Source: Phoronis australis (taxonomy: Eukaryota > Animalia > Phoronida). Taken from it: a stretch of DNA of 64,000 nucleotides. Positions 38,511-51,180 of this stretch are shown here, piece by piece; the first letter of the stretch is position 1; each line of letters opens with the position of its first letter. The notes under the pieces were generated by a model. The model was not told the origin of the DNA and did no database searches. It worked only from the letters and a program-made list of their open reading frames with translations. The stretch covers positions 359,609 through 423,608 of the forward strand of contig NMRA01000141.1 in NCBI GenBank assembly GCA_002633005.1, in the 5' to 3' direction. The position numbers were made by a program, and so were the translations under genes.

Positions 38511-40717
38511 GCCTATGACAATCTGCGAGAGCATTAAAAGCAGTTTTTTTGAGAAAAATTAGTCATCATTGGTGTTCCAAAAGTTGTACAGTGTTGATGA
38601 TCACCCAAAACACTGTTCAAATGGCCACAGCAATGAACATAAAAACCTCTACAGATGAAAATAAGATGAAACAATACAAAACGCGAAACTGATATTGAGG
38701 CCTTGACAACCACCTACAACATTTACTTGAGGGAGACCTCCTAGGCAGTGTTTATGTCTCAGTGAAAGTCGCCCCAAAGACACAGATTCATTAGCAATAC
38801 TTTGTCTTGATTAGTCAACACATAAATGATACTCCGTATTTATGCTTTGAGTTGACTCCTACATGCAACCACATTGTAAATTTATTCCGTGGGCGTTAAG
38901 ACATGAATCGGCCATTTCAGCAAATGTCCACCCCGACCTATAACATTTTGTTTTTAAAAGCCCTTGCTCAATCAGATGAGCACAGTATACGGTAACCTTC
39001 ACCAATTTAGAACACAGTATGGCAGTCACATAAAATTCTGTATTTGTCAAACTTCTACACAAAAAAGGTAAATAACGCAATAATAAGAGTGTAGAATATC
39101 TCTAAATGTCATTTGGTAATTATTTTTGTGCTATAGTAGTGGAGAATTGCCATTTGAATACGTGGGCATGTATAGAATCAACATATGTAGCTAGATAATT
39201 GCCATCAGAGCAATACAAACAAATTAAAAATTCTGTTTCATTACCACACATAACAGCATTAACAAGAATTGTGTCATAAATTTAACACAACCACAGAAAA
39301 CGCATTAAGATGACTTACAAACACTAAAGTAACAAACATCAAACAATGTGCCCAACTGTGCCAGACAATAACATCGAATTTATGGAAGTTCTAGTATAAA
39401 AATACCACAATATTCCAGCAGTGTTTTTGAAATGCTTTATCACTTATTGTAGCTATTTTCGTCATCATTGTTGTTTATGCTCAAATTTGTTTTGGATCAC
39501 CTTATGGTAATGCGTCATATGTGTTAATGACGCATGACTGATTTCCACATGCCCTTGTGCAACTCTTGATTATCTTATAACTTTGTTTTTCATCTTTTGA
39601 TTGGAAATTTGATATCTGTGCACTAACATTGCAAATAACAATAAAAATCACTTCTTAAACTTTGGCAAATGTGATGCCGACCAAATTTCATTTCAACCCA
39701 AGAGCATCTTGTTGCCACTGCAGCATCTTGTCTTTAAGTTTTCGTTACCACAGACCAGAGCAGACAGTTTAATCTTTGTACTTAAAATCTAACACAAAAT
39801 TAGTTTTGTTTTTTCTATTCCACTTTTTGTACAATCTCAGGATATTTGTTTTTTATTCTGTGCAAGAAGACATCACGGTTTACATGAGCGACTGTCTATT
39901 CTCCATTTACAATACATGACCACAATATTACAGCTATAAATTAAGAGCTCAACACCAAATTTTACTCAAAATTTGGAGTCTACTCAACTTTGTAGCTCTG
40001 ACCCAAGTGTCATCAAATGCCAACTAGTCTAGACACTCATCTTAGCCAACCACAGTATACTCGATAATATAAAAATAGACACTTACCTTAAGTTCGAACT
40101 AAAGTAGCTCAGAAATAGTTCAGAGCTAGATTTCGAGTAAAAAAACTAGAGGTCAGTTTCATGAAAAGTACCTACAGGAGGCAGTCAATAGTTTTTTAAG
40201 CTGCGGTTGAATCTCATTAGAAATTGGCGCCTATTAGGTTGGCTGGGCATTTTAAGATAAGTACTGCATGTGAACGCTATGGATGGCATTTGCTTAGTTT
40301 TTGAATCTGTATTGAGTGAAAGATTGTCAGTTGCTGATCCCTTGACCCACTTTTTGTTCAGTGGCGGCTTTTCTTAAACCTTTACTGCTTGCAAGTGGGA
40401 AGTTGAAAATTAGTACGAAATTCAGGTACCCTTCACAAACTTTGGATTTGTAAAAAATATGGCTTATTGACACCCACTTTTCACCTGATTTCTCCAATCT
40501 GGACAGTTTCAGCACTCTGAATACACTGTTTCTCAGGTCATAGGAATCACATACAAATGGTGACTTTGGGGTGAAAACTGTTGATTCGGTGTACTTTTGC
40601 TTATTTTTTAAAAGATACCAAGCCCTGTTTTGATTATTTCCACCAGTTCCTCATTCTGCCGCCTGCAATACACCACTGGTGTCAATCTTTCAAGTTAAAG
40701 GAATGACTCAATTGAAA

Positions 40718-40896
40718 AACAAAATAATTGCAGGCGGTCTGGTACACGTTGTACCAGACGTGCGTAGGCCGCGCATGTGGGCCCATTGCACTATTCACCT
40801 GGAACTATTTTTATGCTTTATTAATATATGGTTAAAACCGAGCTCAGGAGCTAGAAACCTGACTCAAGGATCTAGCAGTGTGGCCCAGTAGGACTC
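40718..40896 (-). mobile_element. 5'-truncated copy of the same SINE
   Basis: Shares tgcaggcggtctggtacac.ttgtaccagac, gcatgtgggcccattgcac and ggagctaga.acctgactcaagg with 37816-37945. Confidence 0.8.
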
Positions 40897-43554
40897 CAAT
40901 GAATCAATTACAAACTCACACTCTCTTTGTCACAGACTGGACATTACGGTCCATGGTGGGTGATTTTTTCCCTCAGTTGCCATGTAATTCGCTAACAGCA
41001 TAGGTCAGCCTTGCACATTTAGCAGACTTTTAAAGGAGTTTTCAAATTTTCCTCCAAATGTTTGAGGGTTGTCGAGTGTTACAGAGCATTATTTTGTTTC
41101 AGAGAACTAGATGGGAACTGAAGTCGTTTTTAGTATCTGTTAATAGGCCAAAAGTTGGTTTGGTATCCTTTCCTGCACTTCTGGAAGTTGCAAAAGATGA
41201 AAAAATAACTTTGGAATCAGTCTCAATAGACTTTGTGAAAGCCTTTTGAAGCCTTTGGTCCAATACGGTTTAATTTTTATTTTCAGGTTTTGTGCCTTCT
41301 GTGGAACAGACTTTTAAAGCTGCCAAGACCTGATTTCTCAAGCCTAAAATCGTCAAAAACTGTTGAGTGTCACCTTAAAGACTTAGTCAAAGTTTGGTCT
41401 GATGCTCCAGAAACTAACCCTTATTCTGAACGTAATTGAATTTCACTTGAACAAAAGTGCAGTCTCTGAGAATTATCCACATAACTGTCAGTTAATGAGA
41501 TAATTTCTCTTAATCATTTCTAGACTGTGATGTGTTAACAAAATAAGAATTAATATACTGGTGCTCTCTAGAGTAATGAGAGCGTGAAAGTGGCTTCCGC
41601 TTGATTCAAGATTCGGTGGACACAAATTTAATTATTACATATTACTTGATAAAACCTTTATTTGGCAACTTGAGAAACGGGAGTGCGAGACCAAAATTTC
41701 TGTCCATAGTCACTTTTCATGCAACAGACCACTGGGTCCAAGAATTTTTAATCTCCTAACTGAAACAAGACTCAGACTCGAATGTGAACGAAGTGGACCG
41801 GCCATACAATTGATGAATTTTCAATTGTAGTTTCAAGTACAACGATGTAACCTGCGCCAAGATTGCTACGGTACTGCCTGCTTTTTATGTCTTTGGGTGG
41901 TATAATTCATGCGCACCCAACCTAAAAATGGTGGGCTCGTATTTTTGAGAATGTGGAACTTTTACTAAGATTCGCGGGGAACGTTCAGAGGTATGAATTG
42001 TACATTCACCGAATTTTCTGAGTTCCTGCTTTTTTAGTGGACTTTTGTCTCATTTTCCACTTTTTCAGAGTTTTTGTTTCTCTGAGATGGACCTTTTTGC
42101 CAGTTTGCCAAATTGGGGGGAACGAGGCCCCCGTGCCCCCCCTGGGAGCACATGTGTAATTTGAATAAAACAGCAGGAAACATTTCAAAAGTTTTGAAAA
42201 GCTACATCAGATTGTCATCAGACGGCAGATTTTTGAGGTTGCTTTAATAAGGCCAGTTAGAAATTAAAATATTATACGGAGTTTGTTGATGTTTCTGTTA
42301 TCATCTACTCACTCCCCTGTAAAGTGCTTCTACTTCGTACATGGGATTTTATAAATTTAGAAAGTCGCACATTCGAGAATTGTAATTAGGTAGACTAATG
42401 CAGTGAAGCCCTCCAAGGATGCCGAGACGTACATGAGACTAGGCGCGCAGTGAAGTCTTTGAACATCTTTACCGAGGAAGACCACATAAGGCTTTACAAT
42501 GATGAGCTCAGTTCACAGGTAAATCTTCAGTAGCCAGATTAATGACACAGGAAACTGTGACAAGTTATGCCTTGTCCTGTTTGCTTTATCTATTGCCACA
42601 TGCAGTGCGCTACTTCCAACCAACTGTGAAATATGTCGACAGCATGATTAATGTCATGTATGGACTATTCCAGGGTAAAATAAAAAAATCAGGTATAAAT
42701 TACAGTTCAAACTCTTCCTTGAAAGCTCTTCATCACAAATTGTCTGTTGCAGTCTGAAGGAATGTTTTATTTTTCATAAAACTTATACAATTAGTCCGCT
42801 AATGGAATTCCTAGAAAAGGAATTGGTAGATATGGTGTCACCAAACTCAAGTCGATATTTTGCCTCCTGATGTGTATCTTGGTTTTGTGGTACCACTGGT
42901 ATTGTCTAGGGCAAGTACACAAAAAATGGCAAATTTGAGACCAAGAGTTCAACATTCGGCAGATCTCACATTAAAAAACACTTTTGTCTCAACTGGTGAG
43001 CTGGGTAAAACTCGAGGTACACCAACTGAGTTTTAATTCTGTACACCAGAATTAGAAATTTGGTACAGAGAAAGATAACTTTGCATTCTCACAACACTAA
43101 AAAGTTGTATCGGACTTATACCACAGGCTAGAGAACATTTACCACGCGAAACTCTCCATAAAGAAATTACCACACAAGAACTTTTACCACATGCAAAGAA
43201 CCCTTGATAGTTGGAAAGCCCACGCTCAAGATATTAAGTCGCATCAGCAAATAGCTCTCATTATTCTGAAATTGTTTTTGGTAAAGGTATTGGCTAGTGA
43301 TAAAGATTCAGTTTCTTCCTGTTAATGACAATAGTTATGTGAAGTAGAAGTAGGGAAACAATGACATCATCAACTCTCCCCATTACCAGCCCTATGGTAG
43401 TTCCTTTTTTGTGTAAAACAGGGCATACTGCAATAGTGACCACTTATAGCACTAAAACACAGGCTGGAAAAAATTCAATAATGCACACTGAAATTAGTGA
43501 TTTTCATAACTGTTTGGCTTCTGTAATCTAATTCCTCACGAAAAGTTATGTCAA

Positions 43555-43944
43555 GTGCCATATACACACAGACTCAACCAAGAACAAGTTACTCCAAGAA
43601 CGAGTTGTCGCAAGGTTCGAAGGCTGCCTGGATGCTATATTTAAATTAGTCCAACTTGCCCCACTTGCAACAACTTACCCCGGCTTGTTCTAGGGTAACT
43701 TGCGACACTTCCAATCGCTGTACGGACGCAAACCTGGGGCATGGCAGACGTAATTATTAGCCGTGGTTACATGCAAACGGGATTTTGGATGCCATATTTG
43801 CACCAGCTGTTCCTTGTCATGAAAAGAGCGACAACTTCCGCCTTGCACTAGTTATTGGATATGTGTGTGTGGATGGTCAACCAAAAGAAGAACTAGTAGC
43901 ACGAGCGGAAGTTGCTTCAGGGCAAGCATTTGTGTGGACACGAC
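43555..43944 (-). mobile_element. Short MITE of family B, interrupted by a pogo-like terminal fragment (~43645-43693)
   Basis: Reverse complement shares tccaataactag..aaggcggaagttgtcgctct with 22735-22770. 43561-43615 matches the reverse complement of 24030-24085. The insert caacttgccccacttgcaacaacttaccccgg resembles pogo/Fot1-type ends. Confidence 0.55.
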
Positions 43945-44379
43945 TATAGAGTCCTTTTTCCCGGAGAAATGAAATAAGAAGTTGCAAAAATGATGTAGTT
44001 GGATTTGTTTTAATGTCCTTAAGTACTTGAAGAGTAATGGGTGCATTCACCTTGACGAATTCAGATAAATGGTGAACGAGACGTGACGAGTCTTCACAAA
44101 TTGTCTCCACGTGTTTTGATTCAGAAATGGCTTTGTATTATCAAGATAATCAAGAACAATATCTGAACTGATGCAGATTGGATGGCGTAGGCACAATTGA
44201 GTTGATAGCTGTCACTGATACAACAGGTTTAAGGGTAATTGACATGAAACAAGATTACAGTACAAATAAAACCACATTGTGACAAATAGACACAGCAACA
44301 TCAATTTGATTTCCTGTTAATTTCGCTTGTAAATTCTGTTCCTTGGCAGTTTGGTCTGGTTCAAAATTCTTGTCTATAA

Positions 44380-44872
44380 GGCCTTTCCTGCTGGCTCCAA
44401 AGCTCCGGTGTTACCGAAGTGTCAATCAGTGGGAACACTTAACTTTTCATTTTGGATCGAAGTAACAGCGCAAGTTAACTCCGGAGTAAAGAGCTTCGAT
44501 GTCATCGGAATTATCGGCAGGGGTCACTGCGTTTGGCAACAGTGGGCGGTGACTGGTTAATATTTCTTAATATTTTGGTCTAATGTTTATTATTTTGGCA
44601 GTATAAGCATTCTGGTATAATTATCCAAGTATTTCCAGGATTCTATAAAATAAAAATCACTGAAAATATAGTGTACGGAAAACGAGTACCTGCCATACCA
44701 CCCTTGTTCAGTGAAGCTCATATTACATTGCGCCCCCTTGCAATAACTTAGCTGAACTAGTTTTCTGACTAACTTCGACGTTGATGGGAACGGTAACGTT
44801 TAACTTTGCTGTTAACCACACTAAACATCGAAGCTTCAACAGCTGCACAGCTAAATGTGATGAAAAGAACCT
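44380..44872 (+). mobile_element. MITE family A, diverged copy
   Basis: TAA|GGCCTTTCC ... ATGAAAAGAACCT|TAA. Internal cagtgggaacacttaac..tggatcgaagtaacagcgcaagttaact matches 16910-16975. Confidence 0.55.
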
Positions 44873-46949
44873 TAAGATGGATCACCCAAAAAGGCAAATT
44901 AAGAAACACTTCATTCTTTAGTCTTTTCAAGAAAGTCAACCTTCGTGTTATGATGTCACCTCATAACATTAATATAACTATGATAACAGGAATAACATTA
45001 TAACTATCACTATCACCACATTAGCACTCAAGTACTAGCAAGAGCATTAGTATACCACTTTCACTGCATCTACTTTACCCATACCACGACTACTACCACT
45101 ACGAAATATAACAACGATGATAATATACTACGGTATATGTAAAGCATTTATTAGCGCACAGTCGCATTTCAACAATACTGTAACTGATAATGAAGATTTT
45201 GGATTGATAACTCCAACTTTGTGATTTACAAAAATTACTGATGCTACCAGAAGTTTATGTGAACTTTCAGGTATTTTGTACAAATTTGTCAAGTTTCATC
45301 GAAGACATAAATCTCTGAAGGAAACGAGATGAAATCTATTCATGCAATACTAAATTAATTGAAAATTTTCTACTTTTTGAGAAATACTGCTCAAGGCATA
45401 AAGTTTCCAGTACCCAGAAGCACTGCATGACGTTCAGTGGTATCTAGTGGTTGGCCAATGCTTCTCTACATCAATCATGAAAACTACCCTTGACATCACA
45501 GAAATTGTTCTAAGTTTCTACTGTGTTGTACATGGCAATTATTGCATAACCGATGTCTTTATGGAAACAACATACTGGTAGAAATAAATCGAAATGTCAA
45601 GGACAGAAACTGGTCATTTTTTCATGTGTTTTTGACTTCTGAAAAGGAATTTCTCGTCAAAAGTAAAGGATCCTTCTTTCGCAGCGAAAATGCGATAAAA
45701 GTTGGATAAACGCTTTGATATGTGTTTTCGTTAATGTTCAGCATGACAGATAACTGGCGTTTACGTCACGACATCGGAAAAAAGACCGAGTTTGGCGATT
45801 AACAAAAAAGATTGATATCACGCCTCTGAAAATTGGTATCGCCTGGAATATAAGAACTAAACAGGAATTATTTGTATTGACAAAACACTTTTAGCAGTGC
45901 ATGTTGATGCAGTATACAGTGGACATTTTCAACAATGTCAAAAGCTTTATAAAAATCAATAAAGGCAATTCTATCAGTTATTTGTGACCGGTATAACACT
46001 AGGTCACACTGCCGATATCACTCTGATATCACGTGTCCGCATTTTGAGAACCAGTTTTCTCCACTGAATAACAGCCACAAACTGGTTCTCATATCCAATG
46101 CATTACGTATATCCGATTATTGCCACACTACCTCCATTTGTTCACGACTGCAAGGTGAATAATTGTGATCCATCACATTGACGTACAGGACATCCTGATG
46201 ATGTGTTTATGACAGGCTGATAAAATGAAGACTTCTTGGTGTCTATACAATGCTTTTGCTTTTCTCAGTTTCTCTACTGTCTACTTGGCACCAAAAGATA
46301 ACGCCTTTAAGCAAAGTAACCAACCAGAAAATGCAGATGTAGGGAAAACATTTACAATCTGATACAATAAAATCTGACAAATTTAAGCACAATATGGCAA
46401 ACAAGAGGAATTTTCTTTCCTGTCTTCTCACAAAAAATAAGTTGCACCAAATAAAGGCTGTGTCATTTTTAAAGATCTTTCCAACAGCTACTATCTGACA
46501 ATCATTCTGAAAAATAGTGGGCATTCAAAACAATGTTGGATGCCTTTTGAAAACAAAAAAAGAAACTGGTGATTATTTTTGTCTAAAATTGGTGACATTT
46601 TATCGTAAAACGTGTTATCAAGTTTTTGAACCAAGTCAATTATCACGCTTTTTCACTGAGTTAATATCCCGTCAAATCACATCAGAATCACAGAATTCCA
46701 TTTTTGCTACAGTAAAGTACATACCACTCAGAGCACAAATTGCTGCCAAAATTACATTTTTTTATTTTTCAAGCATTTCTAACATTAGTGTGAATGTCCA
46801 CAATTTGTTTAAAATACAGTCTGGTGGTATAGAAATTGAAAACCGTAAAGCAATGCGGTGATGGTTCTTACCGTTTTACAAAAAATGAAGAAGTATATTT
46901 TACTTATCTACCATAGGTGTTAAGAATTAGTCAGATTTTACTATAGAAA

Positions 46950-49900
46950 TTATAACATTGGTGCTTGTAAGGCGCACTCAGCTACGTGGTTCATGACATT
47001 AATATGCAGGCTGTAACTCAGGAGGTCTGTTTACCCCCACCTCAAATCCTCAACAGAAGTAACAGGCCTGCCCATGACTGAATTTTTCAAAATTTCAATC
47101 ACCCTCCAAAGTTGATTAACAAAGGAAGAACAGAACAACACATTGCAAAGAAATTGGCAAATATTAATTAGTGCCCCCATTGCAAATTTCGCAGTGCCAG
47201 CATCGCAATTCAAAATGCAATAACAATATAGCTTTACCTGCATTACAAAAATAAATTAAATCATAATTCGAAATACAACACGAGACGATGACTGGAACAG
47301 ATTGTGAAGAAGCAAGAAAAGTGCTTGACACCGTGTGTTGCATTGTGGATAAACACCTTAAAATGAGCGTAGGGTTTCACCATTTCAGGACAGGCCTACT
47401 GCATGCAGATTTTAGTAGGGCAGATACAACAGGTTGGCCACACATATCATCTCCACCATCTGCCAATCAGGTCAGCACATCCTCCCCATAACAATGAATA
47501 GCAAACCTCTGGATCAAGAGAGGTATAGGTTTATAAGTCAAGACATAGTCGAACAATTAAGTAAACATGTATTCCTGCTAATTGCTACTACCTGACCTTC
47601 CCCATTCTCAATACTGTCTGCAGGCTCTGTGATGGTGACTTTAATGTGGGCAGCAGTCATTCTGGAAATAGAGTGAACAACCGATTAAGTCAGATTTTTA
47701 CATGATACCATAATAGTGTATGACCACAGAATCAGGTAATTGTTTGTGGAGAAAGGTTAATTAAAGGTGCATTGCTTCCTTAAATTGCAGGCTGAACATG
47801 AAACCATGAATAAATTTTGCCATGAATTCAGTTGTGTTTAATCAAAACCGTTTGAGCAATCGCCCGGGACAGATACACAGAACAAAAATCATGTTAGAAA
47901 ATGTGAATATTGTTTGACCGACCTTCAAAGCCACATACCCATGAATTACCATTGCCTACAAACCCAATGAGAGGCTTAACACACAATTCAAGAATGCGTG
48001 TACATGATTTTCGTAAATGATCCGGCCAAAGGCAACAATTTTGGCTTGCATTAACTGCAATACTGATATGATCAAGCCCCTCTGTAACTGTTGCAGGTGA
48101 ACAACAAAACCACAACGAAGTGTTGAAAGATATAGACAGATACGCTATTTGCATAAAAAGTCTTTAATGAACAATATCCACCAACGATTAGTAGTTTTCG
48201 TATAGTGATCAGTTCAGCATCACCTGAAAATTCAAGTAGGTGAAGCTTGTCTTGGTATCCTTCCGGAGATAAGAAAATAACAGTGACAGAACATTTGCGA
48301 TAACCTTTTTTAATTGTCGTGCTCATACATTTTATAGATACGTGACTTCAACTGGAATTATTTTGTTTATGAAGCAACGAATGCATGAGGTGGGAAATAT
48401 AGCCACCACAATACAAGCTGTACAGGAATCATTTTAGAAAGATGTGGGTATGGGCAAATTGACCCACATGGCCTCAAGTCTAAGGGCCAATTTGGAGGAC
48501 CTGTGGGCCGTCATAGTTTTTTGTCCTTTTGTACTTCCTATGTTAATTTCCCATTGGCCCGAGTTAGCCAAACACAGTGCGCCAGGGGGCGCTGACAACT
48601 TTCTTTTTATTTACCAATGCCCCCACACGGTCCTTTTGGGAATGGGAACCATTTTCTATCATGGTGTACAAAGGTTTGAGATACAGTTTGTCATTCGCTA
48701 GGTTATTTTCAGACAACAAATTAGGAAAAATGCCTCATTGAAAAGCATAGCAATGGCGACTGATGACACTGCCATGTTTCAATTTTTTAGAGGATACCTA
48801 ATACCGTGACCACATTGTTGCAAATGCTCAAAATGTCTGGTAATAGCCATGCCATTCAAACCATGCTGAAAGCAAAGTAAATTATCCTGTAAACTTTTTT
48901 GCTGAAAACTTTGACAAAATAAATTTCACCTGTCCGCAATATTGATTCCCAAACTCAAGAATATTTACCATCCATCACTAAGCATATTTGGATGTTTTAA
49001 GTGATCATGTGTCATGGCAGTAGATGATGCAATTTGGACCCGGAAATAAGAATAGACATGCCGCCACACTGGGTCCAAAACATCATAATGACATCAAATG
49101 ACGTCATGCTAAACATTCCTACATTTGTAAATCTTAAACCCGCATGGCTGCATAGATCACAAACTTTTGTAAGTCTGATCTGCACAGTTAGCAGAAGGTC
49201 CTGGGTTCACTTAAAAATGTTTGTGAACTGAGTATACACTACTTTTCAATAATTGAGAGCTGGCGACTCTTCCTTTCCAAAATGATCTTTCCATCAATAA
49301 CACTGCTCAACAAGTGCGCCATAACACATGCTGGATTTTGTACGTTTAGTTTAATTGGGATATTGTGCCAAGTAACAAAACAACTTGCCTCCACCAAAGA
49401 CTTACAAAATAATAACAGAATGAAGGTTATATTGGAGGGCTGGTTTCGTGACACATCCAAGAGTGCTCCCAAACCACACATAGTCACCTGATCAGCATGT
49501 TGTGGCATGAACAGAAGTTTATTGACCAAAGAACTTTGACTCTGACTCATAGACATTGAGACCATAAACCTTTGACCAATAGCTTCTCTAGATTTCTTAT
49601 TCCAAAATGTTATTATCAGTAACAATCTGGAGCTTGACCTGTTTACATTTAGCACAAATACCATAGGAAAGAAAGGTAGCCAGCTGTGTCAAGGGGTTTT
49701 TGTAAACAGATTATCATACAAAGACCTCTACACTGGCTCAGAATGGTCCATGGACCTTGCATAAATGCTATTTACCAAGTTTTGATATTTAAAATACCCA
49801 GATTCCTGTTTCATAGAAGAGCCCTTTCCAATCTAATGCTAATTCCTCTTCAAGTTAACTCCACTAAGGACCCCATGGAAAGTTACCAGAGTTCAGCTGT

Positions 49901-50250
49901 CTGCCTGAGAAAATTGACCTTGCATCATGTGTGCTCACATTTTGCTCACACTGTAAATGTAGTACATACAGTTACAATGAGATTTTTTTGTTGTCAGCAG
50001 AGGCTCTCATTAATTTCCACTGGCACCAGAAAGTAATTAGTAAGAAAATCAATTTTAAACATTGCAATGCAACTTCAATAAATACCTGACATTGGAGATA
50101 GGGTATTGGAATGTGTTTGTGACAGTTTTTCATCATTTATTAGTTTAGGTATTTTCTTGAACATATTAAGTTTAACCTTATCCATTATTGAGTGGAGACA
50201 ACATTCTTGGGACATCTATTTACTTCTTCATGCTATAGATCTTAGTTCAT
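46950..50250 (-). pseudogene. Heavily degraded L1/Tx1-type LINE ORF2 (RT region and C-terminus)
   Basis: Scattered, correctly ordered motifs: WTIL (~49745), SSV..G.I.LERKSRQ (RG.RQG motif, ~49260), SGSKLH (~49035), LGI and KIETW (~48780-48950), CCHC-like remnant (~47350-47420). Many stops. Confidence 0.45.
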
Positions 50251-50599
50251 TACATTTGTTTATGTTTCATTTCCTCGTTTTCTGTAGATTTCAGTTGACT
50301 TGCTAGACCCTCTATTATCTCAGACATTTATGTACTTAGTGACACTGATAACCTGTTGTATTTTCATACCTGTAGCAGCTTAAAGGAGAATGCCACTGGA
50401 TTTAATTACACTATTTTACAGTCTTAAAGGAGAATGCCACCCAATTTAATTAATTTTTTTTACTGTCTTAATCGGTTTATATTTACATCACCTTGTATAT
50501 GGTTGATCTTACCTCGCCAAGAGGTGTCGCATTAACATGTGAGGAAGGTGAGAAACGACGCAGCGACATCAGTGGTTCTTCGACAGCGTGAGTGCCGCT

Positions 50600-50800
50600 A
50601 TGGTGAGGTGCATCTTCCCCACTTGTGTCAACTATGAAGCTGTGAGGAAAGCAGATATATCGTTTTTTCGATTTCCTCGAGAGCCCATAATGCTTCGGAA
50701 GTGGCTCGCGGTAGTGAAGAATGAAAAGTATGCTGTTAATACCAAGTGTGAGGCCGTGAAACTTCTCGGTGTCCGTCAGTGGCCTGCACTTCGTCGGATC
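50600..50800 (+). pseudogene. Truncated THAP domain (Kolobok transposase N-terminus)
   Basis: MVRCIFPTCVNY...SFFRFPREPIMLRKWLAVVK gives CxxxxC, FP and W; after a frameshift comes GLHF (50781-50792). Confidence 0.8.
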
Positions 50801-50917
50801 GGTTGTTGATCAGATTTTGATTATGGAGAATTCTAGTTGGCCATGAAAACATAAACAATTACATTTAATTCAAGACGTGAGAACATAATATTTTATATAA
50901 CCTGTTTGATAACTGAC

Positions 50918-51180
50918 TCGTTAGTCAGGCTTCTGTTTGGTCCTCCCGGTGTAGGATGTTTTCGCCACTTCTTTTTCTCAGCCCTCAATAAACGTCGTAA
51001 GCACACCTTTTTTAGATGCGGTGCAAAATCAGGATGGTCCGTAACACACATCTGCGCTTCTGCAAGACTTCTTTTCACTTGCGGAATTCCGTGGCACCAA
51101 ACGCAAGCGTCAGCCGTTTCATTACCATGCAGTTAGCTCACTGACATCATGACAAGTTCAAACGGTTTTCGGAACTATTC
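50918..51180 (-). pseudogene. KolX-like / P2X7 C-terminal (ballast, Zn-binding)-like accessory gene remnant, convergent with THAP
   Basis: Reads ENRLNLS*CQ*ANCMVM / ETADACVWCHGIPQVKRSLAEAQMCVTDHPDFAPHLKKVCLR with one frameshift and two TGA stops at the expected W and C. This fits the recalled motif WCxCxxCxxMxTxxExxCCxE...CITxHPxF...CL. Confidence 0.7.
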
